64,000 nucleotides of DNA from an uncultured Gammaproteobacteria bacterium (GTDB taxonomy: Bacteria; Patescibacteriota; Microgenomatia; UBA8517). Below the pieces are notes generated by a model. The model ran no database searches, was not told the DNA's origin, and saw only the letters and a list, made by a program, of their open reading frames with translations. The DNA lies in the NCBI GenBank assembly GCA_964489145.1, contig CAZAXL010000001.1:52910-116909 (forward strand). Direction: 5' to 3'. Positions 56,899 to 64,000 of the stretch are shown piece after piece. Numbering within the stretch: the stretch's first letter is position 1; each line of letters begins with the position of its first letter. Position numbers and translations under genes: made by a program.

Positions 56899-58026
56899 TG
56901 TTATTACCTCCAAGGTTTCTCTAGCTGTTTTCTCCCAGGAAAACTTTTTAGCTTGAGCTAAACCTGCTTCTTTCATACTATTATACTTCGCAATGGGTGC
57001 CAAAAGCACCTTGGTAATCCCCTCGGCAATACTATCTGTACTTTTGGGGTTAATCAGTATCCCGGCATCCCCAACCACCTCAGGCAAGCTTCCTATGTTT
57101 GAGGCAACTACAGGCACGCCGCTAGCCATGGCATTTAGGACATCGAGCCCAAATCCCTCCCAAAATGAAGGCAGGACAAATACTTTCGCACCCTTGATCA
57201 GTCCGGGCTTGTCTTCCTCAGGAACAAAATCCGTAAATATTACTTTATCTTCCATTCCTAGTTTTTTGACTTTTTCAAAAATAGATTCATACATCCAGCC
57301 CTTTTTTCCGGCAATTACCAGCTTTAAATTGGAAATTTTTAATTTATCATTAGTAATTACGGCCTTAAAGGCCGTTAGAAGGCTTTCGACATTCTTACTG
57401 GGCTTGAGAGTACCCAAATATAATACATAGTCCGTAACTATGGAGTACCTATCCCTTACACGTCGCACATCTTTTTCGGAAACACTCATATTGAACTTCA
57501 TACTGTCATATGCAAGAGGGGTAACGTAAATCTTATCTTTAGCTGAGGGGTAGTGTCGTACAATGTCGTTTTTTGTACTATTTGATATAGCAAAGACCGC
57601 TTTTGATACAAAAATGCTAATGGCACTCCATAACTTTAACTGCCAAAAGTCCTTTTTTCGAAATTGTCCCGAGAATTCGAGGTATCCAAGGTCCATAATT
57701 GAACAAAACCTGGGTATTGGGGCAATAGGAGGTGCGTAGTGGCTTGGGGAAAAGAAAACATCGCACCTGGGGTCCCCCGAAAACAGGCTCGGGGTAAGCT
57801 TGGTCAGTATCCATGCCCCCCCACCCTTAATCACTTTGTACCTGAAGAACTTCGTCTCCTTCGGTAAGTCCGCTCTAGACTCATTTTTAAGAAAAACTAT
57901 AAGTTTATGGTTATTTTTCCATTCGTCTTGTAGTTTCCAGAAATTCCACAGAAGCTCATAGGCATAAGTGTTCACTCCTACCCTTTTTTCAACATTAGCC
58001 TCGTTTCCGTCGATGCCAATAATCAT
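56890..58026 (-). CDS. GT4 glycosyltransferase
   Basis: GTLKPSKN, EGFGLDVLNAM, SLPEV and FSWEK. Confidence 0.92.
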   Translation of the reverse strand: MIIGIDGNEANVEKRVGVNTYAYELLWNFWKLQDEWKNNHKLIVFLKNESRADLPKETKFFRYKVIKGGGAWILTKLTPSLFSGDPRCDVFFSPSHYAPPIAPIPRFCSIMDLGYLEFSGQFRKKDFWQLKLWSAISIFVSKAVFAISNSTKNDIVRHYPSAKDKIYVTPLAYDSMKFNMSVSEKDVRRVRDRYSIVTDYVLYLGTLKPSKNVESLLTAFKAVITNDKLKISNLKLVIAGKKGWMYESIFEKVKKLGMEDKVIFTDFVPEEDKPGLIKGAKVFVLPSFWEGFGLDVLNAMASGVPVVASNIGSLPEVVGDAGILINPKSTDSIAEGITKVLLAPIAKYNSMKEAGLAQAKKFSWEKTARETLEVITKL

Positions 58027-59081
58027 TTTTGTCCCTCCTTGTATACATCAAGTGTCATTTGTGCGGTCTTTTCCCAGGAAAAGTTTCTAACGCGCAGTTT
58101 CCCCTTATCAATAAGTCCTTTTCCTCCACGAACCACTTTTGCAATCCCTTCGGCAATTGAGTTCACAGAATTAGGATCGACCAGTTCCGCAGCGTTTCCA
58201 GCAACTTCAGGCATAGAACCTATATTTGAGGTAATTACCGGCACTTCGCAGGTAAATCCGTCCAGAATCGGAATTCCATAACCCTCATAAAGCGAGGCAA
58301 AAATTAAGCCCCTTGAACCACTGAGAAGCGCGGCCAAGTCACTTTGGGGAATGTGCCCGAGTATCCTGACGTTTCTCTCCGGCTCAATTTTAATGCCCGA
58401 TGGTCTTCCTGCAATTATCAGTTTCAGGTCTTTCCCAGGAGTGGCCAGGTGAAATGCTTTTATTATCTTCTTGGTATTTTTCAGGGGTGTAACTCCAATT
58501 GAAATAAAATAATCCTCCCTTATCTGATATTTCTTTTTTATCTCCAAAACTTTTTCTTCATCGACCTTCTTCATAGACGGAGCCTCGGGAATCACACGAA
58601 TTATATCCTCCCTAACCCCCAAGTCGACTAGGTCATTTTTTGTAGAAACTGAAGGAACGATTATCCTTTTGCTTTCTTTAATCACCCAGTAAAGTCTTCT
58701 CTTGTGAACCTCCAGTGTCTTGGAGTGTACCAGCCTGGGAAACTTCAAGGGATAAAGGTCGTGTACCGTTGTTACCTTAAAAGAACTGCTGGGGGGCTCC
58801 GACCAGTCGGAAGTGTGGAGAACATCTACTTCACCAATTAATTTTTCGATCGGAAAGGTGTGAAGCCTGTTCCAGATAAAGTCTGCTGCAATCGGCGGAA
58901 TAGGAAAAACTTTAGAGTTGGGAAACGCTTCCAAAATCTCCTGACGCCTCCTGAAAGCCCCAGCAAAGAGTACATATTCATTTTCCCGATCAAGTGTAAG
59001 CAAAGTCTCAATCAGCTTTCTGGTGTAGACAGAAACACCCGTTCCGTAAACAATTTGACTGATGTCGATTGCAATTTTCAA
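58023..59081 (-). CDS. GT4 glycosyltransferase
   Basis: TGVSVY, TVHDL, EGYGIPILD and FSWEK; TTG start. Confidence 0.9.
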   Translation of the reverse strand: MKIAIDISQIVYGTGVSVYTRKLIETLLTLDRENEYVLFAGAFRRRQEILEAFPNSKVFPIPPIAADFIWNRLHTFPIEKLIGEVDVLHTSDWSEPPSSSFKVTTVHDLYPLKFPRLVHSKTLEVHKRRLYWVIKESKRIIVPSVSTKNDLVDLGVREDIIRVIPEAPSMKKVDEEKVLEIKKKYQIREDYFISIGVTPLKNTKKIIKAFHLATPGKDLKLIIAGRPSGIKIEPERNVRILGHIPQSDLAALLSGSRGLIFASLYEGYGIPILDGFTCEVPVITSNIGSMPEVAGNAAELVDPNSVNSIAEGIAKVVRGGKGLIDKGKLRVRNFSWEKTAQMTLDVYKEGQK

Positions 59082-59085
59082 TTTA

Positions 59086-60429
59086 TTATTTTATATACTT
59101 CCAAAACTCAACGCCGTTCAGGTTCAGTTCCTGGACTTTATTATATCCTAAATTTTCGATTTTAATCCGCGCCATGTCCTTGGAATCAAATATCTGCCAG
59201 ACATACCTCGATAACCAAACCTCTGCAAGGTCTCTCCCTACGGAATCGAAATTCTCGAAGTAGATTATTTGTCCTCCTTTTTGGTAATAGGTAAGTGCTT
59301 CTTCTTGTGAATTTGAGGGATAAATTATAGCGTCTGCGCCAACAGCTTCCGCAACTGCCCTCCAATTTTCCCTTTGGAACTTTGGATTAAATAAATATAG
59401 AGAGGATGAGGCAATATTTATCAAAATGGCTGTGGATAAAAATATCCAAAACGTTTTACCTTTCAAACTTGTAATTCCTCCAGCCGCCAAAATGTAAAAA
59501 GCAGGAAGACAAAAAAGAAATCTGAAATAGTAAAGAATAGGAATCTTAATGCTTATCAAAATACCCAGGAGAATCGGTATGATGAGCCATGCCCAAACCA
59601 CCTTGTAGGGTCGGACCTTTAAAGGTCGTCGCACAACTAATAGGAAAGAATACAAAAGAACAGAAGCCAACGAAACCGCGCCATATAAAATTTTATTATT
59701 AAAGCTGATCCTTCCGAATATAAATTTAACAGGGATCAATGCGATATTTTTAAGCGAGATTGTACCTAGTAGGTTCCACCAGGCCGATCCCTGCACCGAA
59801 AACCCTCCCGAAAGTTGGCTCAAGAACGTTGGCAGCCAGGCTATCAATATAATAAAAAGCGGAATGTGGGCCAGAGCCAATTTTTTCCAGTCCTTATATC
59901 CTAGAAGCCAAAAAACCGGAATAATCAGAAGAGAAACATAATCGGTCATCGCCAGGATGGGTAGAAAAATAGAAAAAAGCACCCATTTCTTTTCCAGAAA
60001 TAGATAAAAAAGCAGGGTAGCCAAAAATGCGGCTAAAGAGTACATTCTGGCTTCTTGTGAGTAATAAATTAAAAGGCCGGACGTTGCCGCCAATATTGAG
60101 GCAATTCTTGCAGTTTTGTTATCAAATATTTTTTTGGCAATGAGATAAATAAAATAAATTGTCAGAATACCAAAAATAACAGAGGGGGTCCGGAGAGAAA
60201 TTTCAGACAACCCAAAGAGGCTACCCCACCCTTTCATTAAAAGATAATAAAGCGGGGGATGGAAATCTCCCGGTAGAAATTTGGTAAAAATATCCGCCAA
60301 AGGCATCTTAGCCGCAAGAGCAGTTGTTGCCTCATCAAGCCAAAGAGATTGATTAATGGATATCAGACGAAGTAGTAAACCTACAAACAAAGTCAGTGGC
60401 AGTCCGTTTTTTAGAAGAAATTTTTTCAC
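59086..60429 (-). CDS. GT-C fold membrane glycosyltransferase (PMT_2-like)
   Basis: SLWLDEA, DFHPPLYY, LRTPS and YSQEARMY. Confidence 0.85.
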   Translation of the reverse strand: MKKFLLKNGLPLTLFVGLLLRLISINQSLWLDEATTALAAKMPLADIFTKFLPGDFHPPLYYLLMKGWGSLFGLSEISLRTPSVIFGILTIYFIYLIAKKIFDNKTARIASILAATSGLLIYYSQEARMYSLAAFLATLLFYLFLEKKWVLFSIFLPILAMTDYVSLLIIPVFWLLGYKDWKKLALAHIPLFIILIAWLPTFLSQLSGGFSVQGSAWWNLLGTISLKNIALIPVKFIFGRISFNNKILYGAVSLASVLLYSFLLVVRRPLKVRPYKVVWAWLIIPILLGILISIKIPILYYFRFLFCLPAFYILAAGGITSLKGKTFWIFLSTAILINIASSSLYLFNPKFQRENWRAVAEAVGADAIIYPSNSQEEALTYYQKGGQIIYFENFDSVGRDLAEVWLSRYVWQIFDSKDMARIKIENLGYNKVQELNLNGVEFWKYIK

Positions 60430-61283
60430 TTTGATCCTCTTTTTGTGATTATGTATTCCAGAATACCCACAAAAATGCCAAAATCATAAACTAATTTAAA
60501 AATCATAAATTTTAAATTTAATGTTAAGAGAGATTTATAAATCCCCACAATCAGAGAAACGGGTAGTGATGCCCTAATTAAACCAGTAAAACTTCCAAAA
60601 ATTCCGAATTTGTATTTCCTCTTCCCTACCCACTTTGCATGGTTAAATATTTCACCCGGGCTTGATGGATTTTTATGGTAGAAGACGGCACCTGGTGCCA
60701 TAACCGCTTCATAGCCAAGCTTCCTACTCAGACTCCAATCGTCATCATATCCCCCTGGAGTAAACCCACCGACTTTATCAAATTCACTTTTCAGAATTGC
60801 CCTAAAAACAGGCTGGTGATCGGGGAAGTTTTTGGGGTGGCGACGTTTCTCCTCCCACCCCTCATTTATGTTCCAGCATCTTGACCAGGGATTGTCCCAG
60901 TTGGATACAATTTCTTCTTTACTGAAAGTTCCCCTTGCTCCGCGAAGCCTTGGCGAAGTGGAGTTTGTTACTATTGGCTCAATCAATTTTCCCAGAAACT
61001 CTTTGTCAAAAGTCATGTCTGCATCCACAAAAACCAGAATTTCCCCATTCGCGTGCCCTGCCCCCAAATTTCTTGCCGCACCGGCCCCCACGTGCTTCGC
61101 ACGCAATTTTCGAATTTCGAATTTCGAATTTCGAATTTCCGATAATAACTGCCAAGTGTTATCGGTTGAGCCGTCATCAACAACAATAATTTCAAAATCA
61201 GTCAAAGTTTGAAACCCCAAAGATTCTATACAATCGGATAATACTTTTTCTTCGTTGTATGTGGGAATTATTACTGAAATCAT
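60426..61283 (-). CDS. GT2 glycosyltransferase carrying repeat-derived segments
   Basis: SVIIPTYNEE, VDDGSTD, ARNLG and FVDAD. Confidence 0.92.
   Translation of the reverse strand: MISVIIPTYNEEKVLSDCIESLGFQTLTDFEIIVVDDGSTDNTWQLLSEIRNSKFEIRKLRAKHVGAGAARNLGAGHANGEILVFVDADMTFDKEFLGKLIEPIVTNSTSPRLRGARGTFSKEEIVSNWDNPWSRCWNINEGWEEKRRHPKNFPDHQPVFRAILKSEFDKVGGFTPGGYDDDWSLSRKLGYEAVMAPGAVFYHKNPSSPGEIFNHAKWVGKRKYKFGIFGSFTGLIRASLPVSLIVGIYKSLLTLNLKFMIFKLVYDFGIFVGILEYIITKRGSK
61109..61136. repeat. Perfect tandem repeat (TTCGAAT)x4 inside the GT2 gene
   Basis: Read directly from the sequence; lies within the segment encoding EIRNSKFEIRK. Confidence 0.95.
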
Positions 61284-62218
61284 TTTTTTAGTTCATTAAA
61301 CAAGTCTTCATACTTTTTGGCGATTTCGTCCCAGGAAAACTTTTTTGCCTGTTCTCTTGGTTTGCCTTCCCAATTTTGATTCAGTGCTTTCTCGATCGCC
61401 TTGGCATAGGCCTTTGTGTCCATCGGGTCCACGAGAATCCCTGCCTCCCCAACAATCCCGCTCCTGACAGGATCATTTGTTGCCACAACCGGCAAATTGG
61501 TGGCCATCGCTTCAACTAAAACATTTCCGAAAGACTCAGACGGCCTTGAGGGAAGTGTAAACACATCTGCGGCTCTATAGACCTCCGGCATTTTTTCAAA
61601 AGGAACCGATAAAAGTTCAAATCTGTCCTTACCTAAAATCTTTTCTCCATATCTTTCCAGCTCTCTCCTAAGCTCGCCTCCCCCGCCAACCATTAAAAGG
61701 CTTACCCCGGGAAGTTTGGCGACAGCTTTAATCGACAAATCCATTCTTTTTTGAGGAGTAAAAGCACCTCCACAAAGAACCATAGGGTTTTTAATCCTTG
61801 TTTTATACGCTCTCCCTTTTGGATTAAATTTAGTTAGGTCCACTCCGTTTGGAATATACAAAGATTTAACGCGGGGGTTGACCTCCTTTGCCCAAGCTAG
61901 AGCTTTCTTGGAAAGCGCGACAAAAGCATTGGGGCATGAATACAAATTCACTTTATCATCCCAACCCATTCCGGACTGTCCCGAAACTACCATTTTGGCT
62001 CCGGTCAGTAGGGAAATAATCCTAACCAGGACAACCTGGAATCTTCCGTTTGTCGGAATAATTACATCGTATTTGCCTTTCAGAAGGTTCAAATAGTTAA
62101 TATCTGCGATAACATCAACCTTGTAGTGCTCGGACAGGCGATTCGAAAGCTCAAAGACAAAAGTCTCCGCACCTCTGGCAACCCTATTCTGGTATTTATT
62201 CAAAATCGCTATTTTCAT
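61280..62218 (-). CDS. GT4 glycosyltransferase
   Basis: RGAE, IPNGVD, ESFGNVLVEAM and FSWD; the ATG at 62218 overlaps the GIY-YIG stop (TGATG). Confidence 0.92.
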   Translation of the reverse strand: MKIAILNKYQNRVARGAETFVFELSNRLSEHYKVDVIADINYLNLLKGKYDVIIPTNGRFQVVLVRIISLLTGAKMVVSGQSGMGWDDKVNLYSCPNAFVALSKKALAWAKEVNPRVKSLYIPNGVDLTKFNPKGRAYKTRIKNPMVLCGGAFTPQKRMDLSIKAVAKLPGVSLLMVGGGGELRRELERYGEKILGKDRFELLSVPFEKMPEVYRAADVFTLPSRPSESFGNVLVEAMATNLPVVATNDPVRSGIVGEAGILVDPMDTKAYAKAIEKALNQNWEGKPREQAKKFSWDEIAKKYEDLFNELKK

Positions 62219-62499
62219 CACGTTAGAGAAAGAAAACGTTTTAACCTATTTTTTAAATATCTTCTTCCCATACCCGATTTTAAATACTTTTCTCTAGCAA
62301 ATCCATCAAGCTTGTTAAGACAAGCTTCATAATATATCAACTCAAATGGACCTCTACCTTTTGTGTAAGTGGATTTGTCATTTTGATGCTCAATAAAACG
62401 TTTTCGTAGATTATTTGTACAACCAATGTACCATTTACTAGACTTTAGACTTCTCAAAACGTAAACGTATTGGTATTTGAGTTCTCTAACGTGATACAT
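62216..62499 (-). mobile_element. Putative GIY-YIG mini-element bounded by 14-bp inverted repeats and duplicated ATG
   Basis: ATCACGTTAGAGAA (62217-62230) and TTCTCTAACGTGAT (62482-62495) are exact reverse complements. There is an ATG at both ends, and removing 281 bp restores an ordinary overlapping gene junction. Confidence 0.7.
62218..62499 (-). CDS. Small GIY-YIG nuclease (UPF0213-like)
   Basis: YVYVLRS...WYIGCT..LRKRF.EH...ELIYYE...AREKYLKS, with the catalytic Tyr, Arg and Glu pattern. Confidence 0.93.
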   Translation of the reverse strand: MYHVRELKYQYVYVLRSLKSSKWYIGCTNNLRKRFIEHQNDKSTYTKGRGPFELIYYEACLNKLDGFAREKYLKSGMGRRYLKNRLKRFLSLT

Positions 62500-63850
62500 A
62501 CTGTTTTTTGATCAAAATCTCGACCCCGTCAACCTTACCACTTAGTTTATAATTTTCCGTGACAAAATTGTAAACCTTTTGGGGAATATATGATGAAAGA
62601 CCGGACATTGTATAGGAATTGTAAATTATCATTTTCGGCGGATTTGCTTTCAGATCCTCCACTATTTTTTCCTGTACCCCGGGAATCTCCATGTACCAGG
62701 AAAGCTGCGGAACCCAGGGGTCGGTAGCCGGCAACGTATCTGTTAGCGCATATATGTTGTCCCACCAGTTCAGAACAAATATTCTATCCCCTGGCTTTGT
62801 GTTGTAGTTTACAAATGTCACAACATTGGCAACATTGGCTTCGTAAAATCTGGTACCTTCCTTAAAATTTCTCATGAAAAAGCCCGCGAAAAGAATTATT
62901 GAAACGGTAATGTAAACCGGAACAAATGGTTTGAATAACTTTTTTTCCTTTTTGACTTTTTCAAACACCAATCCTGTTGCAATTGCCAAAAAGGGAACTA
63001 CCGGCTGAAAATGGAAAAATTCAAACCTGGGAAACGCCCCGAGACCTCCGGCAATTGCCCAAAGTAATATATCAAGATTTTTGCGGCCGGATTTTAGAAC
63101 AAGTGGAATAAAAACCAGAAACGGGAATATTGCCACAGCCAGATTCTTGAAATCCGGGAGCTGAATTTGCCCCTGGGCTTTGGGAAGAATGAAAATTCCA
63201 AATTTTACAGCCCAGTTCCAGAAGTCCGACAAGATTCCAAATGCGGCAAGAATTACTATAAAGGGAACTATAATGGCAAGCGTTCCCGGAATAAAACTTC
63301 GGATATTCTTTTTAACCTTTAACCATTTACCATTAACCATTTCTAATCCTATGGGGATTAGAAACCAAACTGCAGTTTGCTTGGAGATAAAAGCCAATGC
63401 CCAGAAAACTCCCGTCCAAAGCCATTTTTTCTGCCTTGCAAAGTAGAAAGAACAAAAGGCCATTAGACCCATATAAAGATCGAACCAGAGTCCGTTGCCG
63501 TCGTAGAAAAGGTTCCAGAAGGCAAATACCCCAAGTGTAATAAATGCGGCTTTTATATTCCAAAGTTTTCTGACAAGGGTAAAGACGAGGCAGTCAAAAA
63601 TCAGAATCAGGAGCCAAGTAAATATTTTCAGTTGAAGTATTCCTGAACCAAAAATTTTATAGAAGATGCCCAGGTCAATCAGCATGAGAGGTGTGTGTGC
63701 TATAGCAATATCTTTATAGGGCAGCCATCCTTTTGCAATAAGGTATGGCCAAAGGCTCATTTCCGGCCAGGCAGTAAACTTTAAAACCATAAGAAGAAGC
63801 AAATGTATTAACAAAATTCCTACTAGTAAAAAATAGTCTCTTCTTTTCAT
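62486..63850 (-). CDS. Polytopic membrane protein, probable GT-C glycosyltransferase
   Basis: WPE, PYKD...HTP and SKQ motifs; many TM helices and a soluble C-terminal domain. Confidence 0.7.
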   Translation of the reverse strand: MKRRDYFLLVGILLIHLLLLMVLKFTAWPEMSLWPYLIAKGWLPYKDIAIAHTPLMLIDLGIFYKIFGSGILQLKIFTWLLILIFDCLVFTLVRKLWNIKAAFITLGVFAFWNLFYDGNGLWFDLYMGLMAFCSFYFARQKKWLWTGVFWALAFISKQTAVWFLIPIGLEMVNGKWLKVKKNIRSFIPGTLAIIVPFIVILAAFGILSDFWNWAVKFGIFILPKAQGQIQLPDFKNLAVAIFPFLVFIPLVLKSGRKNLDILLWAIAGGLGAFPRFEFFHFQPVVPFLAIATGLVFEKVKKEKKLFKPFVPVYITVSIILFAGFFMRNFKEGTRFYEANVANVVTFVNYNTKPGDRIFVLNWWDNIYALTDTLPATDPWVPQLSWYMEIPGVQEKIVEDLKANPPKMIIYNSYTMSGLSSYIPQKVYNFVTENYKLSGKVDGVEILIKKQYVSR

Positions 63851-63880
63851 AATTTTAAATTTTTAATTAGTAATTTGTAT

Positions 63881-64000
63881 TTAGTATCCGGCTCTACCCC
63901 ACCAAATTACCCTTTTCATTTTCCGAAGAGGTGTTTCAAAAAAAGCTCTAAATTTAAAAGATGCTGACATTGTACTCCACGGACTTGGAATAAAATTGGG
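63881..64000 (-). CDS. C-terminal end of a gene entering from beyond the window
   Basis: Open frame PNFIPSPW...KRVIWWGRAGY* in the same orientation as the operon. Confidence 0.5.
   Translation of the reverse strand, partial: PNFIPSPWSTMSASFKFRAFFETPLRKMKRVIWWGRAGY

Noticed and set aside
62216-62499. Classical IS or intron-encoded homing endonuclease as the explanation for the GIY-YIG cassette
   Set aside because: There is no DDE, HUH or recombinase ORF and no room for group I intron structure, because the ORF fills the element.

Overview
This is a gene-dense bacterial chromosome segment read with the standard code (TGA is used as a stop). Almost all genes are on the minus strand. Gene content and style suggest a Patescibacteria/CPR (Microgenomates-like) genome, which is an inference. 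From left to right it holds: the 3' end of guaB, lepB, parB, rpmA, rplU, rodA, ileS (type 2), dus and small accessory genes; an expanded dcw cluster from mraZ to ftsZ that also contains murA, yvcK/glmR, glmS, a MurE-GlmU(N) fusion, murB and murI; glyQS, tspO, an LCP protein, a PD-(D/E)XK nuclease, a cupin, an exonuclease, znuBC-like genes and recO; and a roughly 20 kb surface-glycan cluster. I found no rRNA, tRNA, CRISPR array or transposase. The strongest unexpected signal is a 281-bp cassette at 62216-62499 that carries only a GIY-YIG nuclease gene. It has perfect 14-bp inverted repeats and an ATG at each end, appears to have inserted exactly at a host start codon, and preserves operon coupling. 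The window also has dispersed 7-bp-period arrays and REP-like hairpins lying in-frame inside proteins and at gene junctions. All product calls come from motif recognition by eye, not from database searches.
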